This document shows, piece by piece, positions 37,959 through 49,558 of a DNA stretch of 64,000 nucleotides; the first letter of the stretch is position 1; the number at the start of each line of letters is the position of its first letter. Position numbers and translations under genes: made by a program. Under the pieces are notes generated by a model. It was given only the letters and a program-made list of their open reading frames with translations, did not search any database and had not been told where the DNA came from. Location of the stretch: assembly GCA_030295235.1 (NCBI GenBank), contig AP026146.1:620001-684000 (forward strand), written 5' to 3'. This DNA is from Fistulifera solaris. Its lineage: Eukaryota.

Positions 37959-39576
37959 ATGATGTTCCGCAATCTTGTTTTCCTTGCTTCGGTCGGCGCG
38001 GCCTCTTCGATGGATGTCTATACCGCAATGATCATGCCTCTTTCCAGCAACTATACAGCTGAAGGAACAATGGTGGTGATGGTCGAAGAGGGAAGCACCT
38101 CTATCTTCTACGGAGGCCATGTGATGGGTTTGGAATCTTCTTTGGACGCGACGATGTGCACAGCAATGAACGGTTGTGGGTAAGCAGGCTCTCGTTCATA
38201 CATACTTTTCACAGTCAACAATGGAATCACTCTAACACATTTGAAGTCTTCACATTCATGTGGGTATGTCATGTGAGAGCGTCGAAACTCAGGGCGGTCA
38301 CCTTTACGAGACAGATGAGGACCCGTGGTTGGAAGCGCGTCACTCTACGACTGCAGATGGTGTGCTCATTGAGGGCACTTGGCTCGAGATCGGCACTAAC
38401 GAAGTTAACGGTAGAGTTGTGATCGGTACGTGTCCATGATATCATTTATTTTGCCACATAACTCGCAATGACTAACAATAATTAATCAATTTACATCTGA
38501 AGTTCACAATGAGGCTGGAGAAAGAGCTGGATGCGGTATCTTGCAACCTGTCATGGAAAGTATGACTCAACTGTCGGCTATGACAAGTCCCCTCGGAGAC
38601 GATAGCATGGCCGAAGCGGAAACCTTTGTTGCGGGGGGATGATATGTTCTTGTGCTATGCTGGGGTGGCCCGTGGACTCGAGGCAAATGTCATGAGTTTC
38701 ATGAGTGAAGGCGGCATGGATTGTAATGTCGCCAACGGCTGTGGCACCCATATGCATCAAGGCACATCGTGCGAGAACCTCGATACTCAGGGTGGACACT
38801 GGTACGAAACGGAGGAAGACCCTTGGTTGATGGAGGGCTATCTTTCTACCACAGCGGATGGCATGGCTTACTTTGGAAATTGCCTTATGGTTGGGTCTGC
38901 TACATCCATGGCTGAAGGCAGACCTTTTATTGTTCATGATTCGATGGGGAACCGTGTCAGCTGCGGTATCCTGGAAGCACGGGATGCGATGGGCGAAGCT
39001 CCTTCTCCGTCGATCGGAATGGAACCTACGATGATGCAGCCTTCTATGATGGACCCGACCGTGATGCAACCTTCCATGATGAACCCGACCATGATGGATC
39101 CCACGATGATGGACCCTACCATGATGGATCCAACGATGATGCAGCCTTCTATGATGGACCCGACCATGATGGATCCCACGATGATGCAGCCTTCTATGAT
39201 GGACCCTACCATGATGGATCCCACGATGATGCAGCCTTCTATGATGGACCCTACCATGATGGATCCCACGATGATGCAGCCTTCTATGATGGACCCTACC
39301 ATGATGGATCCCACGATGATGCAGCCTTCTATGATGGACCCGACCATGATGGATCCCACGATGATGCAGCCTTCTATGAAGGACCCGACCATGATGGATC
39401 CTACGATGATGCAGCCTTCTATGATGGACCCGACCATGATGGATCCTACGATGATGCAGCCTTCTATGATGGACCCTACCATGACGGACCCTACCATGGG
39501 ATCCTCTTCTTCGTCTTGGCTCTCTACATTGCTCCAAACCATGGTGCTTCTCATTGTCGTTGTTGTCTACATTTAA
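37959..39576 (+). CDS. Secreted/GPI-anchored tandem Cu-only SOD-like protein with Met-rich repeat stalk
   Basis: Signal peptide. Introns 38180-38246 and 38426-38502. Domain 1 'GLHIHVGMSC..QGGHLY..VIVHN..ERAGCG'; domain 2 'GTHMHQGTSC..QGGHWY..FIVHD..NRVSCG'. G-run indel ~38635. Hydrophobic C-terminus after GSSSSS. Confidence 0.8.
39031..39495 (+). repeat. Coding tandem repeat: 31 x 15 nt (MMDPT/MMQPS), higher-order 45-nt unit
   Basis: Read directly from the sequence. Confidence 0.97.
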
Positions 39577-39757
39577 GAGTATTTTGAACTGGTTAACATT
39601 GGACTGGAATAACAATCACGAATACATACAATCTAGAGATAGTTTCGTTCAAGAAGAAGAGACGACAGAAATCGACTCGGTCCTCAAGAGAATACGTTAA
39701 CTTCGAAAAACAGGTATCACATCGAAGCGGGTATACACACACCCAGAAATAGTAGCG

Positions 39758-41084
39758 TTACATCCAGCTAGACAGATCCGATGGAACGTCTCGATCCTCA
39801 TTGCCAGAGAATTCGAGAATCGAAGCAAGCTCCTCGCTGATCTCCTTCCTAGGGTCGGGAGCGTTTGTGAGAAGACTTGGGCCAAACAAATCGTTCCCTC
39901 CAGAGGTAGCGGACCACGTTGAAGCGCGACTACGGTTTTCACCAATAGAGAGCCCTTCAAAGCCGGAGAGAGTAGAATTCATGCGAAAGGCGTCTGACAA
40001 TCCAGTAACAGGTGTGATCTCTTCATTAGCAGGACCAAACTTTGAAAGCGAAGGATCGAGGGCGAATTCTTCGGATGTGTGAGAAAGAGAGGGCATTGAA
40101 ACCGCAGAAGATGTCCTCGCACGATTCGATTCTTGGTAAATTGAGCTGTAGAAGCTTTCCAGCGACGGATTGCTGCTGCGAGGTGCAATCACGTCAGCTC
40201 GCGGGGAACTAAATGTCGAAAGGCCAGGGAGATTCAACTCGCCCGTCAAAGGATGGTCTTCATACAATTGAGACAAACCTGCCCGCGGTGAAAGAGTAGC
40301 AGCTCGGCTTCGATTTGGAACATACGCATCATGAAACTGACTGATCATCGGAGAAGGGCTATCGCGGCGAAATTCTTGACCAACGGCATTCGCCGAGAAA
40401 GAACGTGCGCGATTGCCGTACATCCCGTCTTCCAATGGAGCAAAGCCCTTCTCTGAGCCAAAATACTCCGATGTCTGGGTGCTTACGCTTCCTGATTCCC
40501 AAAGGTCGTTTCGCGAATCGAGAGATCGAGTTTCGTGGTGGTGATTCCTTTCGGAGATACTCATCGGTGGCTGTGCTCCCATACTATAAATCTGTAATGG
40601 AACAACAGAACTTCGAACTGGGGCTCGATCATGAATTTCTGGTACAGGTTGCGCCGGCACTGGATTATGAGCGCTGGTCCCCAAGGACGGCACATGTTCG
40701 CTAGCTTCTGCCTGCAATCTTGCTTTTGTCATGGCTTTCAGTTCATGCACAGTCAATCCGTGAGGAAGCTTCGCTTTCACACCCGAGTCTGCGGTGTAGG
40801 AGGATGAATGGATGGGACTGGAAGACAAGACTCTTGCTTTTCAGGCGCATAAAGCGACTGAGTATTAGAAGGTGCAACAGGGGGCGGCGCGTCGCGGCTG
40901 TACGAAATCGTAGCTCGATTTGGGTAGTCATCAGCGATGTAGCTGACATTAGGTACGCTAGTCGGAGAAAAAACAGATCCAGGATGAGCTCCGTTGAGAT
41001 AAGAAACAGCTGACGCGGAGTGCCCTGGCATTTCTTGAGGTCGATAGCCGAACCTGCTCGAATTGTGCGGAAATGGTAACTCAT
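39758..41084 (-). CDS. Ser/Pro-rich hypothetical protein
   Basis: 356-aa ORF plus upstream frameshifted pieces; 'LTVHELKAMTKARL' motif; no family recognised. Confidence 0.5.
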
Positions 41085-42675
41085 CGTTTTGCTGCTGCTC
41101 TTTCGCTAAACGTATCGCGGTTTGCTTCTTTAAATCCTGTGAGCAAAGATAAACGTATTCGTTTGAGTTTATTTGTTGAAGGAATAAAAGAAACCGAATT
41201 GCTCACCGCAAACACTTTATTTGCACAAACGACTTTCTTGCGATGAAAGGCAGCCATTACAGTACCGTTATTCTTGGCAACACTATCTGTAAATAGGCGA
41301 AAAAACTATTTGCGACGTCCCGCCAAGAATTTTTTTACACTTAAGGCTGTCCGTACGGTTTTGAAAAGGAACAAGACTCGGATACACGTCGAACAAAAGC
41401 GCCCTCAGGAATTGGTCTCCGTCGCCATGAACTTACCGACAACGTAATGCCTCTTCTATTTGCGCCTGATTTTTTCTTTTGCTGTCCCTGCGATTGAGGG
41501 ACAGCCCCGACTTTGATGAAGACCAATACGGCATGGCCGGCAACAGCCTCGCCTCTCGGCGAAAAATAATTTTTATGATCGGTGTGCACGAGTGATCAGG
41601 ACGAGGCAAGGCGGGCACCGCTCGGAGATGGAGAGTGCGGGTCACAGACACAAGAAAAGACGCCGGTACCGGTACATTGATCCTACGTATTCCGCCGTAC
41701 GGGCAGTTTTTCTTCTTCTCTTCCTATAGTCGGACGTTGTGTTTTTTTAGAATGTAGGCAATAAGCCAATCAATTTACAGGTGTGCTATCTTGCTTAGTG
41801 TGTTAATTTCAAAAGACAGGTTGCTCGGAGACTCACACATTTGTCTGGCGGTTTTAAAGTTCCTATACTGCAAATAGTCGGCCTTTAACTATAATCCAAG
41901 ATATGAACAGTTTATTCAGCACATAGCCGTTACGCAATCTTCCGCGCCTAATCTGCGCTACACATTTCAGTTGCAAGACTGGGGAAGTGTGGGAGGGAGA
42001 CTCCTTCCAATATTTCATTCTCACGTCGACTAATTGATCACGATATCTTTGAAACCCTCTAGGGATGAACGAACGGTACCAGCACCAACAGTTGCTTGGC
42101 GTTACGCTATTACGCATCGAAACTAAATTGAAGCAAGGGAGTGAATGCAAGCTAGAGCTTTCATGCAGCATCCTCATGGGTTGAACATGTAATTAATTTC
42201 AAACCTGGTTATTTGAAAGCGTAAGATTTCTTTTGTCGTTCATTTTCGCTGCGAAGAAGGTTTAAGGGCAGAGACGAGTTCCTAGTTTTTGTACTTAATG
42301 AAATCGGGTACCGATACGAGCTTAGTCTCCTTGCTGCCGTCATCGCCTATGGTTCAAATAGTACACGGGACGAGAAAGCGTCAGTACCAAACGTGTCTGC
42401 AATCTCGTACGTCATACTTTTCATGCCACTAAAAGGCTCGATTTCGACTGGAAGATCCGGTACTCGATTCCGCTCGACGAACGACAGCATCGTTCTTCTT
42501 TTCAGTCAAGTTCTGTGTCGTTGATGATGATGATGACAAGGTGAAATCTTCGAATAAGAAAAGCAATTCATTCTATTTCTTGAGAAAAGCTATCAACCTC
42601 ATCTCAAGTATCCTCGTCATTGATATATTCTGCTCGTTTTTATTCATTTCGACTTTCTGTTTTTCTAATTGCATT

Positions 42676-44849
42676 ATGATACGAGCCGCATCGAGAGCTT
42701 TGACAAGTTCCGCACGACGAGTCGGTGCAGTCATCGTCCCCAATACTTCTCCTTACAGTCCCGGCTCTTTCTATAAATTGTCTCTGTCCTCGCTAAGTTT
42801 TGATGAGGAGCGTTTTCCGTTACCCGAGCCCGCCCTAGCGATTGCGTATGATTATGAGGATGACGGCGAACCGGATTCGCACGATCCCAAAGAAGTCGTT
42901 CGACAGGAATGCCTCTCATCTACAAACTTAAAATCAATTGAAATTACGGCTGCATCAGGTCCACGATCTCCCAGTTCTTCGCCTTATCCACCTCCGTCGA
43001 ATTATGATCAAGGAAAGGTGATTCCCCGAGGAAAATCCGGTACCGGAGGAGGCGGAGGACGACATCGTTGTCCGAAATGTGGTGCTCAAGTGACATTCCA
43101 ACACGGAGACTTTGAAGAAAACACATTTTATTGTGCGGCTTGCTCGGGATGGTTTGTATCAAATACCAAGATTACTGCGAAGGACGACCCCTACGATGAA
43201 CTCATGGAGAAGCAACAGATTCAGGCGAAGCGCATCCACGAAGATCCGCAAACGGTCATGCAGCACATTCCGAAACCACCCGAGCCGCATGAAGTGCATC
43301 CACCGCAGCCGCATTCTCCTCTGAAGAAAAAGGTTCCTACTCCAAAGGAGATTATGACGGGTCTCAACGAATACGTAATTGGGCAACGAAATGTCAAGGT
43401 GGCCCTCTCCGTCGGTGTGTACAATCATTTCAAGCGCATATACGTGGCAGAGGAGCAAGCGGCAGCGCAACAACGTAAACAAGCGGAGATGGAAGAAGGT
43501 GCCTTTATGGCAAGTGCCAACAGTATTCCCATCAATCAGCTACATGATGGACCGTCCCTGGCCGAGATGAATTTGGGGCAATTTTCGAGCAGCAGTGTTT
43601 CTCCTACGATGGAAAACAGAACGGAAGGACACTCGTTCAACAGTATCAACAATCCAAAGTTTGCGCGAGAAGTGGAAGATGTTGAAATTGATAAGAGTAA
43701 CATTTTGGTAAGAGCGCATGCGCTTGGTCTATTCTTTGTGAACCAATCGTTTGTAGACTCATTTTAGTTTCTTTTTTTTAGTTGCTAGGCCCAACAGGGA
43801 GCGGAAAGACATTGCTGGTAAAAACTCTTGCTCGTTTGGTTGATGTTCCGTTGGTTATTGCGGACGCCACATGCTTGACCCAGGCGGGGTATGTCGGAGA
43901 GGATGTCGAAAGCATCCTGTTTAAACTGTATTTAGAAAGTGGACAGGACATCGAAAGATGCCAACGGGGTATTGTTTATATTGACGAGGCCGATAAGATT
44001 CGAAAATCTGGTGGGAATGTAAGCATCAGCCGGGATGTTTCTGGAGAAGGTGTTCAGCATGCATTGTTGAAAATCGTTGAGGGAAATGTCATTAATGTTC
44101 CAAAGGTACGTTGACGTGTGGTCCAACTTCAATTACCTGATCACCGAATGCTAACTGATGTTTTGCTAGGAACCCGGTCGAAAAAACCCGCGCGGCGATT
44201 TCTTGCAGATTGACACAACGAACATTTTGTTTATTTGCGGAGGCGCCTTTTCTGGTTTAGAGCGGATCATCAACCGACGAGTTCACGCTGCTTCGATTGG
44301 TTTTGGTGCGCAGATGAAAAGAAGGTCGACGACCCGACTGTGCAAGGACGATACTTTGAAAATGCCATACCCAAGGATCTAGTGGATTTTGGTATGATTC
44401 CCGAGTTCGTGGGTCGTTTCCCCATTATTGTATCCACCAAGGGTTTAGACATTGACAATTTGGTAGACATTCTGACCGAACCAAAGAATTCAATTATCAA
44501 GCAATACCGTCGTCTTTTTGCTATGGACGATGTCAATTTTCATGTGACGCAGGATGGATTAGAGGCAATTGCACAGACAGCTTTTACTCGCGGAACCGGC
44601 GCTCGTGGTCTTCGCTCCATAACTGATTCCGTTTTGATGGAGACGCAATACGTCGTACCGTCCCGCCCAAATGTCCACACTGTATATGTGGATGCTGAGG
44701 CAGTGAATGGACAAGGCAAACCCGTCCTTTTGGAAGATCCCGAAATGACGGTCGAGAAGTATGAAGAGTTGAAGAAAGGTCAGAGAACAGTGGAGGGAGC
44801 GGCACCGGTCCGCATTGAGAACGAAGAAGAGATTGAACAGGTAGCATAG
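42676..44849 (+). CDS. clpX: Mitochondrial ClpX AAA+ unfoldase
   Basis: CPKC..CAAC zinc finger; 'GPTGSGKT', 'IDEADKI', 'RDVSGEGVQ', 'GARGLRSI'. Introns ~43708-43781 and ~44106-44169; indel ~44320. Confidence 0.95.
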
Positions 44850-44926
44850 GAAGGATAATAGATTAATTCATATACGTTATGATTTTGGATGTGTTTGAGT
44901 TAGAAGTGCTTGATGCAAACTATCAA

Positions 44927-46155
44927 TTATGCGATCATGGTAGCTACGGTAACGCCAGTTCCACCCACCATTAAGGCTCCTGCTACTCCAACAGCAAAAG
45001 GTTTCCAACCAACGCCGCGAAAAGAAGAAGCAGAAGTTCCCAAGCCCACTCCAGCCATTGCGGTACCGAGCAAATATTTGGACAAATCATTCCCTAACCA
45101 GTCCATAGCTACAGTAAAGTAGTGTTGTGAAGCCGTCGCTTCTACCAAGAGTAAATCGCCAGTCGATCGCACAGTTGACATGCCTAAGAATGTGAGAAGA
45201 AAGGGCGGTACATATTTTTTGTAAATGTCATGAGTCCCGACATAGTTGGGGGCGATGTCGAAGAATCGGACGCATTTGGAGACGATCTTGCATTCGGCGT
45301 TTCTTCTTTTGTTGCTGCACAACATGTACATAGGACAAAACGGGAATTGCTACTGCCAAACCCAAGTTACGTAACAATTTCGTGACAGCCGCAACTTGAA
45401 ACGCAACATCATCTCCGTAAATCTCCTTATAGGCCAACGCCGATCCCAACACTTGACTGGTATCGTGAATAGCAACACCCAGACACATTCCCACTTGTGC
45501 ACTATTCCCATCACACAATGCATGTAGCAAATACGGATAATATAACATGCCAAAAGTGCCAAAGAGGACGGTATTGGCTACTGCTTCGGCAATATCTCGG
45601 GACGGTGCCTGTATGGCCGGTGCCAGGGACCGTAATGGCCGTGACACCGCAAATGGATGTCCCCGCCGTCAACAATAAAGTCAACGAAGAGGATGACAGT
45701 CCCGCCCAATAACGGCCCGCGAAAGGAATAAAGAGCATCCCCGCACCCACGGACGACACCACGACCGGAATACTTTGCGAACTGGTTGCCAGTACTTGAC
45801 CGCAACTCAGTTTCGCGGCGACACAAACAATGCCCGTTTGTAAAAGAGTTTTGGTGCAAAACGTCAAACCCGGTTGAATGGTAGCGGTATGATGATGATC
45901 GGGGGTATGTTGTATTTCACAATCATCCCGAGTAATATGGAAGTCGGTATGCCCGAAATGGGCATGTCCCAGATAGACGAAAGAACGGATGTCATTTGAA
46001 AACCACCCAAGGCGGTGGAAGCACATAAAGCGACACCGGGAAATATCGATGGATGGCTCTTTTTCGCTGTTCTGATTGTCGTTCGATGGTGTAGCGAAGG
46101 AGGTGTCACGGCTGTCATCCAGCGAAGACGAACAGTTGGTGTTCGAGCGGTCCAT
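44927..46155 (-). CDS. YeiH/PSE putative sulfate exporter family membrane protein
   Basis: 'AGTSICGVTAI', 'GVAIHDTSQV', 'AVTKLLRN', 'AMAGVGL'; several frameshifts. Confidence 0.85.
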
Positions 46156-46483
46156 CGTTTGTGCTGACGCAAAGAAGAAGGTATTGTGAAGCTGAAGCGA
46201 AGGAATATTGATTGCTGTATCATCTTGAAAGAAGCGAATGAATTGGGAAGGGCAAAGCACAAGCGCCGAGAAATAAGAATAAAAGATACTGTTTTTTTTT
46301 TTGTCTTGCGCTTTGTTTGTTTTACCAGTACCAGTACTACGTACAAGCGTGCGAGATCGATATATATCCGGGTTATCTCTGCACATGTGGGGTGATAGGA
46401 ACGGGCCTAAACCTAACTTACGAGAGCTACGTGACAAAACACTGCGCATACAACAACAAATATTTCTTCTGAATAAAAGCAAC

Positions 46484-47347
46484 ATGAATGACAGTAACCA
46501 TCAAAGCAATATCAATATCATTAGCAGCAACAGCAACAGCAATGTCTCGGATGACGATTTCTCCATTGAGAACGACGAACCTTTGGATAAAATCGATCCC
46601 ATTACCGTTTTGCAAGACAATATAGGTCCGTCAGTTGGTGATTGTTGTGAAAGAGTATATTCTGTGTTTTGTTTCTTTCTTTCTTTCTTTCATTCAACTG
46701 TGAACTTTTTTTTGCTTTCTTGTTGGCAATCATCAATTCCTTGTACACTTCTCTCATACTCCACCAACGAATCCAACAACAACAACAACAACAACAAAAT
46801 ACTCACACATATACACAGACGGGCTGTCGTTGGCCATGTTTGATGCATTGCGCCAATTGAGAGATGCTGTAGCTCCCGAATCGGGAAATTTAGGAAATAC
46901 CAACAATAACAACCGAAATGATGACACAGAACACGCACTCGATACCGATGAATTGTGGAAGGCCTACAAAGCCAAAGATCCCGATGTTCTCGCCATGGTA
47001 CCTAGTATGACCGGAATCAATTCACGAGAAGACTTTGAACGATGGCATGCCCAACACGAGATGGACAAGGATAAAGAATTAGTCACGCAACTAGCTGCCA
47101 TTGTACTAGAAAAAAGTCGAGCCATTGATCAGCAAGTGCAACACCATATTCCCGGGATGCACCGGACGCGTCCAGAGCAAAAGAGTACATGGCACAACTC
47201 GTACAAGAAAATGTACAAGTCGCGCGTGAATTGGAACAAACCTATGCACAGGCACGGCAACAACGGGATCGATGTCGAGCGTACATTCGAGAAAATACTT
47301 GTCGAGCTTTGGGAATCAAAGAAGATTCGGAAGCAGTGTTTTTATAA
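46484..47347 (+). CDS. MED21: Mediator subunit Med21 (Srb7)-like
   Basis: 'DPITVLQDNI-DGLSLAMFDAL', 'LAAIVLEKSRAIDQQV..IPG...EQ', then a coiled coil. Intron ~46627-46818; indel ~47182. Confidence 0.6.
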
Positions 47348-47992
47348 AAGAAAAGATCAATTTCAGTGTTGCAGGTCTCTATTCATTGCATTGCATTTGA
47401 TTTGATTTGATTTGATTTGATTATGTAAGCGGAATAAAACGGAATTCCTCAGTCTCATTTCTTCTATATACCTGGTAGTTATGTCCTCGTGATTTCATCC
47501 ATCTCTGATACCGGTTTATTCGTGTGACTTCGACGATCGTCCTATTGTAAAATGCATTAAGTACATAACGTAGTAGCGTGAAGCGGCTCATGGTCAACAA
47601 AGCTAGATTGAGCTGAATTTAAGAACCAAGTGACATACGATTAGGGTAAGGCTTATTCCCTCAACCGACTATTGATTCGTGAATAAATGCAGTCGTGTTT
47701 AAGTGGTGTCAACAGTTTAGGTTTATAGTAAAGACAAAACGAAACAATAGAGCAAAAATCGCATCGCAAATCGCAAAAACACTCGAAAGAAGACGATCCC
47801 CACCACTTTTTTTTTGTTCTTCCGAGGGAGGACAGCTTGCGAGTTGCGCGATGCGCTTGTGTCACTTTTGACAATGGTTCCCAAATTAGGGCGGGCACAT
47901 CCAGCACCAAAGGAAGTAATACCATACACCGTATCATAGCTGCCTGCAGGGAGAAGCGGGAGAGAAACAGGAATTCGTCGGATTTTTCTACC

Positions 47993-49374
47993 ATGTCATC
48001 TTCCGATAGCAGTTACAGCAGTGACAATAGCAATTTCGTTGAACTGGCCAAACAATACGCTGTCGACAATTCCTTTTCGTCCGATGACAGCCATGAATAC
48101 GGTAGTATTCGTATGACAAATGAAACAAGAGACGGCATCCTCACCATGTTGGAAGATGTGGAAGAAAGGACAAGAACAAGAACACCACAGTTGACACGAA
48201 CGGAAATGGGACAAATTGCCGTCAATATTGTTGTGAGCTTTGTCGGAGCCGGTTTATTGGGTATTCCACACGCCTTTTTTCGAGCGGGATGGTTGCTCGG
48301 GAGTCTTACGCTATGCGCCACGTCGGCACTGAATCTGTATGCTTTGCTTCTTTTGCCTAAAGTACGAAAACGATTACAAGAACAAGGATTACAATGTCAT
48401 TCGTATGGTCAAATGGGTCTGTTGCTTTTAGGAGAGCGGGGAGAAGTTGTTGTCAACTTGTGCCTCGTACTGAGTCAAACAGGATTTGCCACGGCCTATC
48501 TGATATTCATTGCCGAGTCCTTGTATCGAGTAAAGCGCTGGAAAGTTGTATTTGGTTGCGTGCCGGGTTTGGCATTATTGGTGCAAGCACAAGATATGCG
48601 ACATCTGAGTCCCTTTAGTTTACTCGCCAATTGTGCCAATTTACTAGGACTTTCGGCGGTATTATATCAGGATTGGATCCAACTGGAGCATCCTTGGGTG
48701 GATCGAAACACGGAAGACGATACCGTTCGAGCGTTTCGAATGGGAGGTCTCCTTTTGTTGTAGCCGTGACGCTTTATTCGATGGAAGGTGTGGGCTTAAT
48801 ATTAAGCTTAGAGTCGTCGTGTCGGAATCGAGCGCAATTTCCTTCTTTGTTGAAAACCGTCGTGGGAGGCATTACTGTCTTCATGGCATTGTTTGGTTCA
48901 GCCGGATATTGGGCTTTTCGAGGTGATACAATGGCTCCCATTACGCTAAATTTGGGACACAGTCGGGCTGCTTCTCTCGTCCAAGGTGCCCTTTGTGTCG
49001 CACTCTACTTTACGTACCCCATCATGATGTTTCCCATTTGGAACATTGCCGAGAATCGTATACTCGAATTGCGTCCGGAACAAACGTGCCCACGCTGGCT
49101 ACTGCGTGCCAGTATTGTATGTGCCACGGCAATTGTGGCATATGCTGTGCCAGACTTTGGAGAGTATTTATCGCTGGTGGGCAGCAGTATATGTACGATT
49201 TTGGGATTTTTGTTGCCGGCATATTTTCACTTGAAAGTATTTGGTTCCGAATTGTCGGTCGCTCAATCATTAGTAAGCCGGACACTGATTGTGGGTGGCA
49301 CACTGTTTGCCGTCATCGGGACATTTCAGAGCATGAGCAATATGATTACGAATTCAACAGGAGATAACTCGTAG
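47993..49374 (+). CDS. Amino-acid transporter (AAAP/SLC36-like)
   Basis: 'NIVVSFVGAGLLGIPHAF', 'LYSMEGVG', 'LYFTYPIMMFP', 'SLVGS'. Indel ~48755. Confidence 0.9.
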
Positions 49375-49558
49375 TTAATGGCAAGTTCTCTTTTCTAGTA
49401 ACAAAGCTGCTTCACTTTTCCCGGAGTGGATTCGCCTCTTTCCGCAGCGTTGTAAGCCACGTGAGGACTGGGCTAGTTTGCTGTTTCATCCTGCAAGAAC
49501 ATCTTCCATAATTTGGTAGCGCTAAGAAGACAAATGATACGGACACCTAATCGCATTC

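Noticed and set aside
39031..39495. CRISPR-like array
   Set aside because: Contiguous in-frame coding repeats with no unique spacers, no cas genes, and a eukaryotic context.
38578..39615. 345-aa His/Arg-rich minus-strand ORF (HHRRLHHRGIHHGRV) and the overlapping GSIMV ORF
   Set aside because: Antisense shadows of the ATGATG repeat; the plus strand has the signal peptide, introns and SOD motifs.
47384..47422. (ATTTG)n and other microsatellites, e.g. (AAC)n at ~46775 and (GGGCAT)n at ~59069
   Set aside because: Ordinary simple repeats; not telomeric or otherwise informative.
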